Positions 11,231 through 24,436 of a stretch of 64,000 nucleotides of DNA are shown one piece after another. Both the position numbers and the translations under genes were made by a program. Numbering within the stretch: the stretch's first letter is position 1; every line of letters starts with the position of its first letter. This stretch comes from Phallusia mammillata (taxonomy: Eukaryota). The stretch spans positions 16,554,001 through 16,618,000 of the forward strand of contig OZ281494.1 of NCBI GenBank assembly GCA_965637545.1, in the 5' to 3' direction. The notes beneath the pieces are model-generated. The model was not told where the DNA came from. It worked only from the letters and a program-made list of their open reading frames with translations, and did not search any database.

Positions 11231-14200
11231 ATGGATGAATTAAAGCAACTAGAATATCTGTCACTTGTGTCTAAAGTATGTACTGAACTGGACAACCATC
11301 TGGGTTTAAACGACAAGGACTTAGCAGAATTTATAATTCGGTTGGCTGAAAAATATCCTAATATTAAAAAGTTCTCCAAAGCCCTAAAGAAAAAGGGAGC
11401 AGATTTTTCTGATTCTCTGATGGAAAACTTACTGTCTTTGATTAAACGAATGAGACCATCTGATAAAAATAATGAAGTGGAAGAAGCTCCAAGTATGGTT
11501 ACCGAAGATGGAAAGAAAAACTACAAAGCTATGTTTCCAGCATTGTGTCAGCCTGATGATGTTGAAAATGCTAAGGCAGAAATTGAAGAATTGGAAAAAT
11601 CTCTGATGGCAATAAAACAAGATTCGAAAGAAGTGGAAGAAAGAAAAGCAACATCACCTCCTCGATCTTCTCGAGATCATTCAGATAGAAGAGACAAACA
11701 TTCAACGAACAAGCGACGATCAGATCGGAGACATGATGATGAAGAGAAAAGAGATCGCCACAGATCTAGAAGAAGATCACGTGATGGTTCATATGACAGC
11801 AAGCGAAGCCGTGGAGATCATGAATCAAGGAGGTCGTATGATTCTCATGATAATAGAAGAAATCGTGATAGTCGTGACTCTAGGAGGTATGATGAAGAAA
11901 GAAATGGACAACAGCACACACAGCGGGAAATCACCCCTGGTGATATATATGATGGAAAAGTATCTTCTATAATGCAGTTTGGTTGCTTCGTGCAGTTGCA
12001 GGGCATGCATAAGCGTTGCGAAGGACTGGTCCACATATCTGAGCTCAGAAGTGAAGGTCGTGTTTCAAGTGTGGCTGATGTTGTTTCCCGTGGACAAATG
12101 TGCAAAGTGAAAGTTCTAAGCCACACGGGTACAAAGACAAGTCTGTCAATGAAAGACGTAGACCAACGGACTGGGGAAGATCTGAACCCAAACAGAACCC
12201 GGCGCATGCAAAACATTGAGACTAGCAAAGATGAAGTTGCTTGCCGAAATCCTGATCGGCCTAGTGACCTGGTGCTGGGTGGGACTTCTGATAGTAGCTC
12301 GATGTCAAATCAGAAACGCATTAATAAAGTGTCTGATATGGAGTTATGGGAGATCAAACAAATGGTATCAGCTGGTTGCATGGATCCTACAGAGCTTCCA
12401 GAGTTTGATGAAGAAACTGGGGTACTGCCCAAAGCGGAAAGTGATACAGAAGACCTCGAGATTGATTTGTTGGAGGAGGAACCACCTTTTCTGCGGGGAC
12501 ACACAAAACAAAGTATTGATCTCAGTCCAGTTAGAATTGTTAAAAACCCTGATGGATCCTTGTCCAAAGCTGCTATGATGCAAAATGCCTTGTCAAAGGA
12601 AAGGCGAGAGATTAAACAGCAGCAGCGTGAGGCTGAACTGGAGTCAGCTTCCACTTCTCAAACAAAAAGTTGGAGTGATCCGATGCCCAAAACAGCAACA
12701 CCTGCAAATTTTGCTGGGGCAAAAGGTGGACTTTTGTCAGGGGATATTCCAGAGTGGAAAAAACAGGCATTTGGTGGCCAAAAAGCTTCATATGGAAAGA
12801 AAACTGAGCTCTCAATAATTGAACAAAGACAAAGTTTGCCAATCTACAAACTAAAAGATCAGCTTGTGCAAGCTGTAGAAGATAATCAGGTACTAATAGT
12901 TATTGGAGAAACTGGATCTGGAAAGACAACACAGATTACACAGTACATTGCTGAGGCTGGTTACACCATTCGAGGTAAAATTGGATGTACCCAACCAAGA
13001 AGAGTAGCTGCAATGTCTGTTGCTAAGCGCGTGTCTGAAGAATTTGGTTGTCGTCTTGGTCAGGAAGTTGGTTACACTATTCGATTTGAGGATTGCACCA
13101 GTCAAGAAACTAAAATCAAGTACATGACAGACGGTATGATGCTTCGGGAGTGTCTTATTGACTTCGACCTGTCTCAATACTCAGTAATTATGTTGGATGA
13201 AGCCCATGAAAGGACAATTCACACAGATGTGTTGTTTGGCTTGCTGAAAAAGTGTGTTCAAAAGCGCAAGGACCTAAAGTTGATTGTTACCTCTGCAACT
13301 TTAGATGCTGTGAAATTCTCTGAGTACTTTTTTGGTGCTCCTATTTTTACCATTCCGGGCCGAACATTTCCAGTGGAGATTATGTACACAAAAGATCCAG
13401 AGCCTGACTATTTGGATGCCTCACTGATCACTGTGATGCAAATTCATCTTACAGAACCCCCTGGTGATGTTCTTCTCTTTCTTACTGGTCAGGAGGAAAT
13501 TGACACTGCCTGTGAAATTCTATTTGAAAGGATGAAGTCACTTGGAGGAGATGTACCAGAACTTATTATTTTACCAGTGTATTCAGCATTGCCATCTGAA
13601 ATGCAGACTCGCATTTTTGACCCTGCTCCGCCAGGAAGTCGCAAAGTTGTTATTGCTACCAACATTGCGGAAACGTCATTAACAATTGACGGCATTCATT
13701 ATGTTGTAGACCCTGGATTTGTCAAACAAAATGTTTACAACAGCAAAACTGGCATTGATCAGCTGGTTGTAACTCCTATATCACAGGCCCAGGCTAAACA
13801 AAGGGCTGGAAGAGGAGGCAGGACTGGTCCTGGAAAATGTTACAGGCTGTATACTGAAAGAGCCTACAGGGATGAGATGTTGGCAACTGCTGTTCCGGAA
13901 CTGCAGCGAACGAATCTTGCATCCACAGTTCTTTCTCTAAAGGCCATGGGTATCAATGATCTGCTTTCATTTGACTTCATGGACCCTCCCCCAATGGAAA
14001 CTCTAGTAACAGCCATGGAACAACTTTACCAATTAAGTGCACTTGATGATGAAGGTCTATTAACTAGACTTGGAAGAAGAATGGCAGAGTTTCCACTTGA
14101 TCCAATGCTGTGCAAAATGCTGATCATGTCAGTACATTTGTCATGCAGTGAGGAAATCTTGACTGTAGTGTCCATGCTTTCTGTACAAAATGTGTTTTAC

Positions 14201-14806
14201 AGGCCAAAAGAAAAGCAAACCTTGGCTGATCAGAAAAAGGCCAAATTTCACCAAAACGAGGGTGACCATTTGACATTACTATCTGTGTACAATTCCTGGA
14301 AAAACAACAAGTTTAGCAACCCTTGGTGCTTTGAGAACTTCATCCAGGCAAGGACACTTCGTCGAGCTCAAGACGTTAGAAAACAGATGTTGGGAATTAT
14401 GGATCGCCACAAACTAGATGTAGTTACCTGTGGAAAGAAGATCACCATGATACAGAAGGCTATTTTGAGTGGATTTTTTCGAAATGCTGCCAAGAAGGAT
14501 CCTCAGGAAGGATACAGAACATTGGTTGACCAACAAGTGGTGTACATTCATCCAAGCAGTGCTTTGTTTAACAGGCAACCAGAATGGGTTGTTTATCATG
14601 AACTTGTGCTCACTACCAAGGAGTACATGAGGGAGGTAACAGCTATTGATCCCAAATGGCTGGTTGAGTTTGCACCCAAGTTTTTCAAGATGGGTGACCC
14701 GACCAAGCTGAGTAAGCAAAAGAAACAAATGCGCTTGGAGCCGTTGTACAACCGATACGAAGAACCGAACTCCTGGCGTATTTCCAGGGCGTATCGTAGG
14801 AGATAG
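11231..14806 (+). CDS. DHX8: Pre-mRNA splicing DEAH-box helicase DHX8/Prp22, intronless
   Basis: 1191-aa ORF with N-terminal [19 protein letters not shown], an RS/RD-rich region, S1 domain, [27 protein letters not shown] and C-terminal [10 protein letters not shown]. Confidence 0.98.
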   Translation: MDELKQLEYLSLVSKVCTELDNHLGLNDKDLAEFIIRLAEKYPNIKKFSKALKKKGADFSDSLMENLLSLIKRMRPSDKNNEVEEAPSMVTEDGKKNYKAMFPALCQPDDVENAKAEIEELEKSLMAIKQDSKEVEERKATSPPRSSRDHSDRRDKHSTNKRRSDRRHDDEEKRDRHRSRRRSRDGSYDSKRSRGDHESRRSYDSHDNRRNRDSRDSRRYDEERNGQQHTQREITPGDIYDGKVSSIMQFGCFVQLQGMHKRCEGLVHISELRSEGRVSSVADVVSRGQMCKVKVLSHTGTKTSLSMKDVDQRTGEDLNPNRTRRMQNIETSKDEVACRNPDRPSDLVLGGTSDSSSMSNQKRINKVSDMELWEIKQMVSAGCMDPTELPEFDEETGVLPKAESDTEDLEIDLLEEEPPFLRGHTKQSIDLSPVRIVKNPDGSLSKAAMMQNALSKERREIKQQQREAELESASTSQTKSWSDPMPKTATPANFAGAKGGLLSGDIPEWKKQAFGGQKASYGKKTELSIIEQRQSLPIYKLKDQLVQAVEDNQVLIVIGETGSGKTTQITQYIAEAGYTIRGKIGCTQPRRVAAMSVAKRVSEEFGCRLGQEVGYTIRFEDCTSQETKIKYMTDGMMLRECLIDFDLSQYSVIMLDEAHERTIHTDVLFGLLKKCVQKRKDLKLIVTSATLDAVKFSEYFFGAPIFTIPGRTFPVEIMYTKDPEPDYLDASLITVMQIHLTEPPGDVLLFLTGQEEIDTACEILFERMKSLGGDVPELIILPVYSALPSEMQTRIFDPAPPGSRKVVIATNIAETSLTIDGIHYVVDPGFVKQNVYNSKTGIDQLVVTPISQAQAKQRAGRGGRTGPGKCYRLYTERAYRDEMLATAVPELQRTNLASTVLSLKAMGINDLLSFDFMDPPPMETLVTAMEQLYQLSALDDEGLLTRLGRRMAEFPLDPMLCKMLIMSVHLSCSEEILTVVSMLSVQNVFYRPKEKQTLADQKKAKFHQNEGDHLTLLSVYNSWKNNKFSNPWCFENFIQARTLRRAQDVRKQMLGIMDRHKLDVVTCGKKITMIQKAILSGFFRNAAKKDPQEGYRTLVDQQVVYIHPSSALFNRQPEWVVYHELVLTTKEYMREVTAIDPKWLVEFAPKFFKMGDPTKLSKQKKQMRLEPLYNRYEEPNSWRISRAYRRR

Positions 14807-16377
14807 ATTGTGGTTGACTTTCTGCGCTTTTATATCTTTTGCTCCCATCATGATGGCATTTTTGTAGAAGCTTACCAAACACACATTAACCACAAATCCA
14901 ATTTGGTCGTTGCAAAGTCCTATTTTCGCAATACACTAATGTGTTTTTGGGTGTTTGTGCTTTCGTAGCATTTGTTTCTTTTATCAATTTCGTGTAAAAA
15001 GTTCACCCTTTGCGACTTGTGCCCCTCTCTTGGTTCAGTGCAGATTCAAAAAAGCTTGGTCCCGTACGTTGTTGTTTTCGAATTAATAGCTTCCAACGAG
15101 TTTGATTTTTCTTCAACTGGCCAGATTTAATCAGGATGTGTTACGGGGTTTTGGTGCAATAAGTCACTTTTTACGCACACCTTTTTAAAGCGCAAAACGT
15201 AGACTGTCTTTATCGCCTATAACTTCGTACAACAGAATCTTTCAAAATGCGCACAAAGTGAAATCTTGTTAATTGGCATAAGTTTTAATTCATTATCTTT
15301 TTTTAGCAATCCAGAAAAGGATCTGCAATGCGTTTGCAGGCTGTTAACGAAGACTATGGTAACCCTTTAACCGAAGTAGTTGGATAAAATATTCTGGTGT
15401 AGGTACACCACTGTTTGCCTGTCAGCTGAGCGTAAGTGATCATGTCAAAAGCGTAGCGCTCACTTTACGGCTTACGTCATAAGCGATTCGTTTTTTGGTG
15501 CGAACCCAATTAAGGCGATAAGGCGCATCAGTATTTCAGCGTTTCGGTTTCCATTGGGAAATTTGAATAAATTTCATTTAAAGCCTGAGCTTTGCATTGA
15601 TGCCGCGTTTTATAAGGATACATTCCGTTAATTGCATGGTTTGACTGGCAGAGTTTGTATTTTAGAGGAGCCTCGACCTACACATTGAAACTTCTGTGGT
15701 TTATAGAACCAGCATGGGTACGTGGTGTAACTTGATTGTATGACGCGAATACCTATATCCAGCCTTCGACGGGAAATTAACTGTTTTCCGTAATGGATGG
15801 TTTTGTAAAAGTTCTGAAAAAACTCCATGACTAGCCTAATCAAATATTTCCGTTGCTGTCGTATTTGGAAGCAATCGGTTGTGGCTTTCAACTTCAAACT
15901 GATAAACCCGATAACTTTTTGACAGTTTTCCGATATTTCATGAAATGCTGACGGGATCATATCGGCCTACCCTACTTTTGGTCTATGTACAATATCGTGT
16001 ATGCAATTACTGTCATATCAAAGCGGTGGGTAGAGCTACTAACAACTTAACGAGAATCTACCCCCAAATTTGATTGGTTAGTGCTGATCTTCAAGCTTTT
16101 AACTAAAACGACCCCCCAATGAGATTATAATTTTGCATGGAAGTTCTTTAATTGTCTCTTAAGCATAGGTGGGCAATAAGTTTCACCCATGAACACGAAA
16201 GCTTCAGCTAACAGTCAAAAACCAATTTAATTGCTGACATATACAATTAATATGTTAAATATAGTTCCATAGGATTACAACGCTCTTTGAAGTGTCAATT
16301 GTGCGCGAACAATTGCCTTCATTTGTTGCTTGTGACGTGATTTAGAAGCTTAGCAGGTAAGATCGGACTGACTATAT

Positions 16378-16655
16378 CAGGGGTTCTTAACCTGGGGTGC
16401 ACGCACCCCCAAGGGGTGCGAGAACTGTTCCTAGGGGGTGCGGGGATGCTGAATCATTAAGGTTGGTTAGGTCTATTCTATTCAAGCAATTACAGAAAGG
16501 GGAGCGAAAATTGGTTGGTGATTTGAAAGGGGTGCGAAAATTGGTTAGTGATTTGAAAGGGGGTGCGAAAATTGGTTGGTGATTTGAAAGGGGGTGCGAA
16601 AATTGGTTGGTGATTTGAAAGGGGTGCAGCAAGGAAAAAAGGTTAAGAACCACTG
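16378..16655 (+). mobile_element. hAT-type MITE (family 1, copy 1)
   Basis: TIRs CAGGGGTTCTTAACCT and AGGTTAAGAACCACTG; perfect 8-bp TSD GACTATAT (16370-16377 and 16656-16663); no transposase ORF. Confidence 0.92.
16495..16627 (+). repeat. Minisatellite of about 30-31 bp x4 inside the MITE
   Basis: Unit GAAAGGGG(G)TGCGAAAATTGGTTGGTGATTT repeated four times. Confidence 0.9.
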
Positions 16656-17160
16656 GACTATATAGTAACGTAATACCAGACTTCAAACAGGATTGTACGA
16701 GAGGCCATGAAAATCGTATGGTCCAAAGAACAAAGCTGTGACCAAATCAAATAAGTGTAACAAATGCTAATATAACGTCCAGAAAACTCAACAGTACTAT
16801 GTAGTCAGCACAATTGTGCACTTTAACACCACTCCCTATGCTTATCAAAATTACATTATAATAGCTGTTATATGCCAATTTACAACATACCTTACACAAC
16901 TTAGCCTACTGCAATAAATGTTACCGTTGACATTACTAATCCTTACCAAACAACGGACACAACTGTGGTACAAGAAATAGGAACATCAAAAAGAGATCTC
17001 GCTACAATTCGCGCATGTACCGACGTAACAATCATGAAATAGTTGCACTACTTACAAATCAAACTCCATATTCGGCAATCAGCATTAAAAATTTTCATTT
17101 TTAAAACAATTTTAAAAGTACATACATATTTGCCCCTGTAATTTTTAACCGAATAATTAT

Positions 17161-17227
17161 GCCCCCCCTGGACTCTCATGGGCCCCGGTGCGGCGCACCG
17201 GCTGCACCCCCCCTCTTGTGAGGCCTG
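17161..17227. mobile_element. GC-rich hairpin fragment, possibly the end of a non-autonomous DNA transposon
   Basis: Inverted repeat CCGGTGCGGCGCACCGG (17185-17201) flanked by C-runs in AT-rich context; no partner end or TSD found. Confidence 0.3.
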
Positions 17228-17591
17228 TTGTTAACAGATACTAAAAACTTTGCCAGTGCGTCATTATTTAAAATGCGTGTTACATCATAAGGTATTGCGT
17301 CATAATATTCCGTTTCTTTCTACAACTCGTTTGTTCATTTGCTTACAGACAATGCACTCCAACTTGCAAAATACTGATTAAGATGTCGCCCCGTTGAAGA
17401 ACCCTCTTCTAAATTGATCCCCTCGTTATAGACATTTATTTTCTTCAAAAGCAAGACATTTTAACCAAATTGATGCTTTCTGGTTTGGATTACCGTTTTT
17501 GTTGTTTTATTTGCGAAAAATGCATTTCTCGCTTTTGATTTTTATGTTTGTCGACAACAAGAAATCACCAAGAAGGCAAGAGCCGGTGGTG

Positions 17592-17988
17592 CAGGTCTGC
17601 CACATGTCTAGATGTAAAATTGGGGATCTAGATGATGGCTATAAATCTAGATATTGTTTTTAACGTTTGTAAAGACTATAGGAACAGTACGAGCCTGTAC
17701 AAACGTCCCACCCAGATAACCACAAAAGCCTCCAGGTTGTGATGATATAACTGTAACAGAAAAAATAGAGTGATAATAAGGACGAAGGAAGCTTCTTTAA
17801 CATATAATATAGAGCAATTTATATTAAAAACTTTCAAATGTGTTGTTGTTTGGCTAATATACGACATTAAATTGGATTGTTTTATGCTTAAATACGTGTT
17901 TGGGTGTTGTGTTTTTCAATCTAGATGTTTCTAGATATTTTTTGAGGCAAAACTAGATGTTTTCATTCTAACAAAAGTGGCAGCCCTG
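17592..17988. mobile_element. MITE with 12-bp TIRs and repeated CTAGAT subterminal motifs
   Basis: CAGGTCTGCCAC ... GTGGCAGCCCTG (11/12 inverted match); CTAGATGT/CTAGATAT motifs recur near both ends; no clear TSD. Confidence 0.55.
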
Positions 17989-18553
17989 CGCAGGTGCAAG
18001 ACCCATTCCTGTACCTGTCTATTAAATCAAACAGTGATATTTTTTTGAATAATGTGTGTGTAATGTTAAAAAACTACTATCAATAAGTGACAGTTGCTAA
18101 AAATCTTGCCGTATAAATGCCAGAAACATAACTTTTTGGGGTGTAGTGTAGTGCTAATGCAAATGCTTACCGGTATACCGGTAACACGTATATGTGTTGT
18201 GAACAGCGTTTGTTTGGAGCTGAGCAGACAAACGTGTTCTTTCTTGGTGAGAACATCTAATTTCTCACGGTAATAATGATAAAACTATTTGTAGCTTTGA
18301 AATAATAATATCAAGAGTTGGAGCATAAGGGAAATTAATAAACATGTTTGTTTATTTTGAGTCAGATCTTGGATAAATTAGTAGCTTGGTTTCTGTAAGG
18401 GTGCAGTCGATTTGTCAGATTTTTGCAAACTACACCACAACTGGGATTTTTTGGAAATAAAAAATTCATTCGAACACTAAAAACCATATGAATTATTACT
18501 TTTTTTCAAGAAATAAGTTTGTTTAATGTAAAACTTGACTGATTTGCCAAGAA

Positions 18554-19147
18554 ATGGACAGTTTTGAGAGTAATGTTGCCTCTGGAGACTTTGGTTCCAG
18601 TTCTAAATCTGTAAAGTCTAACTTTAAAAGTTGGCGAGAGATCATTGTTGTAGCAAGCAAGCTGCTTAAATGGGAAAAGCCATTTTACCCAGGCATCGTA
18701 ATTGGTGTTATCACACTTAAATTCTTGGTTATTTGGTATCTTGATCCCTCCCTAATTACTGGCCTATCCATGATGATGATGATGATATGTATTCTTGATT
18801 ATGTAATGCCCTTTGTTTCACCATTAATCTTTCCTGAGACCTACTGGAATGGGGAAAAGGAAAAAGAATACAGCAATGCTTGCAAGGCGATTGGTGAAGC
18901 TCGTTCCACTGTGAGAAACTCACTTGGAAGTCTGTTTAAGCTGAAGGACACAAATCCATGGCTGTATGTTGCTGTCTCCACTGTGGCTCTGAGCACACTT
19001 GCATGGCTTGGGAACCAAATGCACAATCTCATGTTGACCTATTTTATTGTTCTCATCATAGCATCTCTGCCTGGATTGGCACACCATGGGTTATTAGCAA
19101 AAGGTGCAAATGCAGTTGGCCGATTTGGCAAAAAGAGGCGAGATTAA
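18554..19147 (+). CDS. ARL6IP1: ARL6-interacting protein 1 (reticulon-like ER-shaping protein), intronless
   Basis: 197 aa with LLKWEKPFYP, IWYLDPSLITGLS, ILDYVMP and LAWLGNQMHNLMLTYFIV, multiple hydrophobic segments and a basic C-terminus. Confidence 0.92.
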   Translation: MDSFESNVASGDFGSSSKSVKSNFKSWREIIVVASKLLKWEKPFYPGIVIGVITLKFLVIWYLDPSLITGLSMMMMMICILDYVMPFVSPLIFPETYWNGEKEKEYSNACKAIGEARSTVRNSLGSLFKLKDTNPWLYVAVSTVALSTLAWLGNQMHNLMLTYFIVLIIASLPGLAHHGLLAKGANAVGRFGKKRRD

Positions 19148-20307
19148 AATGATTTTAAAGGGAAACCTGTCATACACAAAAAATGATAAAGGATTGCATG
19201 CATTTCCTTTATGGTGTACTTCATGTGGTTATCATTCATGTTTTATGTTTGCTGTGGTTTGGCATTGAGTCGAAATATTTAAAACACATGTAAAAATCAG
19301 ATAGTTTTCTGTACAAACTCACTTCTAATTTGTGTCATGTAAACTTTATTGCCTGTTTCAGTCCCAAACCAACTGTTTTTCCAGTGTTATGTGTAAAATG
19401 TACATGTGTTTGTTACCAGCTTATTTGTACGTAGTTCAGTAGCTTGCCATGTTTTTATATATATTTGCATTTAAATCACAGTCTAGCAAGTCTGCAAGAG
19501 CTGAAGTAGTGAAGACTTTGCATACAAATTATAGATGACTACCAATGTTGCAGTTTTTGATTATTTTGTGTGATGTTTCATGACTTGTTTTACAAGTTTT
19601 CATTTATCCAATTTTTTGTCTGACCAGATGCCTTCATAATTTAAAAGAAGAAGATTTATGATTACTGGGCTTATATGCATTATGGCAGATTAAGTAAAAT
19701 GGATATGTATACCACTGTTTTTCCTTTGAAAGATTTAAAAATGCAACTATTTTCATTACCCTTACTTGTGGCCCTTGCAAGACATGATATTTTGGTATTG
19801 TTGATGTTTTATCATTGGCAGGAACTTAAAAAATAACTTTCACTTTTGGTCTTTTAGTTGTAAATTTGTTTGAAACAAAGATATTTGACTGTTTTATACG
19901 TTGCAAAGCTTTTAATCTCTTGCGACAATATTTAGAATCACGTCATTGCAAGATAAATATTTAATGCTTTTCTGAGCCTGTTTGAAACGGAAAATTCAGT
20001 AAAGCATTTATTATCATATGCTGTCAAACCCATTAATTTCTCTTATTGTTCATGTTTAAAAGTCGTTTTCAGTAAGTTCCACTCAGTTTTGGTATAACTT
20101 GCATGTTTTTTATTGTACAATATTTTACACAGTTAGTGGCCTGTTAAACAACTAATGAAATTTATCGAAGTTCCAAACTGAAACCTATAAGATACAAATG
20201 ACGTTGTTGCACAGTTACTTGCTTTGAATGGCGAATGTGTGTTTGTGTTGTAGTTGTAACTATTTTGTAGTTGACATTATTTCCTTTGCTGTTGGTATAT
20301 TTAGAAA

Positions 20308-22739
20308 ATGGCTAGTAGTGAAATATACGAAGAACTCAAAGATAGGTTACGATATGTATTAGATGAACTGAAACTGCTTACCAAGCAACCAGATTACAGA
20401 AATGCAAATGGAGGTAAATGCTACATGTTGTTATTAAACTTATATGGTGAAAATGCAATTTTAGACTAAAATGCCAGACAAAGAAATAAATTTGCCGTAA
20501 AGCTGCTAAGATGGTCCTTGCACGGACAAGACACTATTCATAAAATTTGTCATACAGCTGCATGTTTTGGCAGATGAATGAGTAATGTCACACATTCTTC
20601 ATATTTGCAAGCAGTGCAAAATGTCATTAGTGGTTTTGTAAACATATGACTAATATGGATGATGAAACTCACTAACTTCGAATAATTTGTGACCCAAACT
20701 CAATTTGTATTTGAATCTGCAATTCTGAATTTAAGACAGAACATATTCTGTAATTACATAATCAAATGTTTTCTTGTATGGGACCTTTAACAATATTTTG
20801 AAAGCAATTTATATATTTTTTTATGCAGAAACTTTGCAGGAACATGACAAATCAACACAAAGACTATGCTCACAAGCTCATGCTTTGGTAAGTTTATTTC
20901 ACTGAATAGCTGATGTATCAAAGAGTAAGCACTGTGCTTATATTTAAATAAATGTCATAAAGTAGTCACAGTTCAGCTTAGCATTGCACTTGAGGCTTTA
21001 TACTTATCTGATACCTCCAAACTAATTTTTTTTAGATTAAAGATCTTGAAAATGAAGTATACCAAGCACCTATGTCATTTCGTGCTGGAATGAACAGAGA
21101 AATTAAACGATTCAAATACGATCTGGACAGTATTGAACGAAATCTAGAGGTTTGTGCAATACTCATGTGCTGTGTTTTGATTTGCAATTGAAATCAGTGT
21201 AAGGTTTTTTTTGAGTTTACAATAATCTCTTTAAACAAAAAAAAAACTTTGATTGGGATCGATTTCTTTATCTTTTTAATTGATTCTGCTTTGGCTAATG
21301 TGAGGCAAAATAGTCTCAAAAACTAAAAATAACAAACAGTGCATATTTTAAGATGTCAGTATTTTAGTACTTCAGTGTATTGATTGGTGTTCATTTATCA
21401 ACATCAGCCCTTTTAAATGTGCTCGATAACTTTAGTCCATTGAGTTACATATGCAGGAAATCATTGGGTGAATTTCAATTGGCATCAATTTTGTTATTGT
21501 AGATGCATTAAAAAAAACAGGTTTCATCCTACTTTGGTTAAAGTTGATTTGGTTCTCATTTCTAGCAGAGAAATCCAATTCACATGCGACAAGCTACTTT
21601 TGGCAGAGGAAGCTCTTCGTCATATTCAGCCAGTCCACAAGTAATAAAACAAAATTTGCTGATTAAGAACCAACGTAAATATGATTAACCTGCAACTGTT
21701 TTGAGATTAGACAACCTACTTTTAAATGGAAATAACCCAATTTACATGACACACAATGATTTATGGAAAAAATGATGGATAGTTTTTGTGCCATCCCTTA
21801 TTTTAGAAAAATCCCAAGCTTCAAAATGCTTTATGAGGTACTGAATGCTTGGTACTTAAACCATTTGGCCTATCAAATTGACCATAGTATATGACCCAAT
21901 TTTATTTATTCGTGATTGGGGATGTTGAAAGTAAAACAAAACAACCTTGCACAGTAGGTGAATTTGTTTGCTTGAGGGAAATTTACTCTATTTTTGAACA
22001 GGAAGATTTATTGTTTCATTGTGCTAAAATTTCTGTGAATTATGGCACAGGAAGTGAGTGAACAGTCGACCGTGCTCCTTGGCCACAAAAGCCTCAAACG
22101 TGCGACTGACAGCATAGCTCGATCACAAATGGTGTCATCAGAGAATGAAGCAATAGGCAACAACATCCTAAATGACCTTGATACACAGCGTGAACAACTG
22201 CATCGGACAAGAGACAGGGTAAATAACAATATTGATTTCATGTTTTTTTTCCCAAAATGCATTTATAACGCATAAAATTACTGTATGGGTTACCTTAAAA
22301 TGCTTTTGGGCTCACAATGCTTTTAAAAGTGTTTTGGGCATCATTGCATTGAATGCCTACACTCCAAGTGCATTAATTATTTAAAAAGAATCGTTCCTGT
22401 CTGAAATTGCCTGTGGATAATGCTGTTTGTGTTTAAGCTGTACAGGCATGCAAGTTTACAGTGGAAGGATATATTTGCTTTGCATCCGGCCAGCTGTAGT
22501 ATTGTAATACAGTTGGTCTAGTATAAAAAGTATAAGCATACATAAGTTATGCTATTATACCACAAAATGTCTGTTTTTAGCTTGAAGACACCAATGTTGA
22601 ACTGACCCGCTCACAGAAACTGCTACGAAGTATTAACAGAAATGTGATTACGAATCGAATTGTTCTGATAGGCATTATATTTCTTGAACTGGTTATTTTG
22701 GGATGTGTTGTTTATTTAAGATTTTTTCGCAACAAATAG
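20308..22739 (+). CDS. VTI1B: Qb-SNARE Vti1b, 6 exons
   Basis: Phase-consistent exons 20308-20413, 20829-20887, 21036-21149, 21566-21640, 22051-22218, 22581-22739. Habc region (IKDLENEVYQAPMSFR), SNARE motif (SLKRATDSIARSQ...DLDTQREQLHRTRDRL) and C-terminal TM (NRIVLIGIIFLELVILGCVVYLRFF). Confidence 0.93.
20657..20730 (+). ncRNA. Candidate intronic box C/D snoRNA (possibly SNORD96-like)
   Basis: C box ATGATGA (20659-20665) and CTGCAATT-CTGA D box (20717-20728) in VTI1B intron 1, about 100 nt from the 3' splice site. The guide is short and the terminal stem is weak. Confidence 0.3.
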
Positions 22740-24436
22740 TGTTACTTATTTGCGTAGTGTGGTTTATTTTTCACTACAAGTTTCTTCTATGCTATGCAAT
22801 TTGAAAAGTTTTCATGTTTTTGGCATGTAGCTGACCGGTTAAAAAATATTTATTCAACAAGCTGACTGTTGTTTTCAGCAAGAACTTCTCAACATTATTT
22901 TAATTTAATGACTCATGAGTGCCATTGCATGTACATGAAAATGTATGTTTAAATTATTGATTTTGTAATTTGATGAAGTGGTGCTCATGAACCTGAAAGA
23001 TCTTTGCTGTGCAAGCATTACACAATATTATTTGGTACTCACTTGATAACTATCGCTTGCCTTCTTTTTACATTTTACTGTTCGTGTTTGATTATTATCG
23101 TCAACCAATGAAAAAAGTTTTAATCCTGCTCAGCACATAACTTCTATAGTACAGATTGTTTTCCTTTGATTGTTAAATGTTATTTTCAGCTGTTTCATTT
23201 TCGTAATGATGTGCAATTTTTATTACCATTACACCGTTTTCGCCGACAATAAAGCTCATGATGTGATGTTACCGTAATGTTAGATTTTTGAATTTAAAGG
23301 CGTATTTTAACGAAACATTTTAGTGATCCCAGTGGATAGAATTATTTTTCGTTGGGGAGCAAAATTTTTTAGGACACTAGCGGCGCTGGGGAATCGCCAG
23401 GCACGGCACGCTGCACATTGGCAACAACGTATCGGGCGAGTTCAAACGAACGGCGCGCGTCCTTGGTGATACAAAGAGGCACTGTGTCAACAATGCTTTT
23501 ATTCTGGCGATGTACAGTGGCTACACAGGCCGAAGAAACAGTTGTTTCGCCGTAATTTAACATTGTGAATGAAGCAAACACTCATAAAAGGCAAGTTTCA
23601 ACTTTAGTCTTGCAGATAGTACAGCAAACAGCAAAATCTTCATGACCTAACGTTTTAGTTGTTCAAAATACAGAGGCAGGACAATTTAGCTAAGAGTAGG
23701 TAAGGCCAATAATATTTTATCATCAGAACTTTAATTGAAATGTTTATTTTGGGTTTGATTTTAAACAAAATGCAGGTTTGCTGATTTGTTTAGGAAACTA
23801 TTAAGAATCAGGCTAGTGGTAAAGCTTTACAGATATTTTTGTTGTGGAAGATCATTTAACAAAAAAACTTATTTTACATGCTTTGCTTTTATAATATATC
23901 ATATGATTATAAGTTGAGGACAAACAATAATCCAAATGAAACTGTTGCTTGTCAGAAATTTAACCTGAATGATCTACTACTATAAAAGCGACATTGTCAA
24001 ACAGTGTTTTTGACTAACATGGTTGTTTGCTTTGGGGCACTTTACGGCAGTCGTTGTTTGCTATGGATTTCATGTGCATAAGTGGAGTGATTTTCATGAG
24101 GATATTCAATTTAACAATTGAGCATTGCAAACTGTGCTAATATTTATGCCATTTTAAGAAAGTTTGTATCAAAATAAGTTGGTTTGAGGTACAGTGGTAA
24201 ATTAATTCCCTTATTATTGTGCTTTGTATGACCACAGTATCTATCAGTGTGTGATTAGAATTGTTGGTTTATTTGTAGTGTTTATTGTGAGAAGAAAGCA
24301 TTTATTTATTGTGGAATTGTTGTTGTGTAGAATTTATTCAACATAGGGTTTCACTAACAATTGTAAATGTCAATCGCTTATTTGATGAAACATGTGCAAC
24401 TAGTTTTGGGATTTATTCACATCAAGTTCTGACACC

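Noticed and set aside
10245-14893. Numerous 60-160-aa ORFs antisense to or frame-shifted within VCPKMT and DHX8
   Set aside because: Shadow ORFs of long coding sequences.
15628-15960. 110-aa minus-strand ORF between DHX8 and ARL6IP1
   Set aside because: In-frame stop just upstream, weak acceptor and no recognisable domain; not supportable as a gene without expression data.
16495-16627. CRISPR-like periodic repeat
   Set aside because: Units are directly adjacent with no unique spacers, lie inside a MITE, and the genome is eukaryotic.
22519-22560. loxP-like look (GCATACAT with TATA/TTAT flanks)
   Set aside because: The 13-bp arms do not match; an AT-rich intronic chance resemblance.
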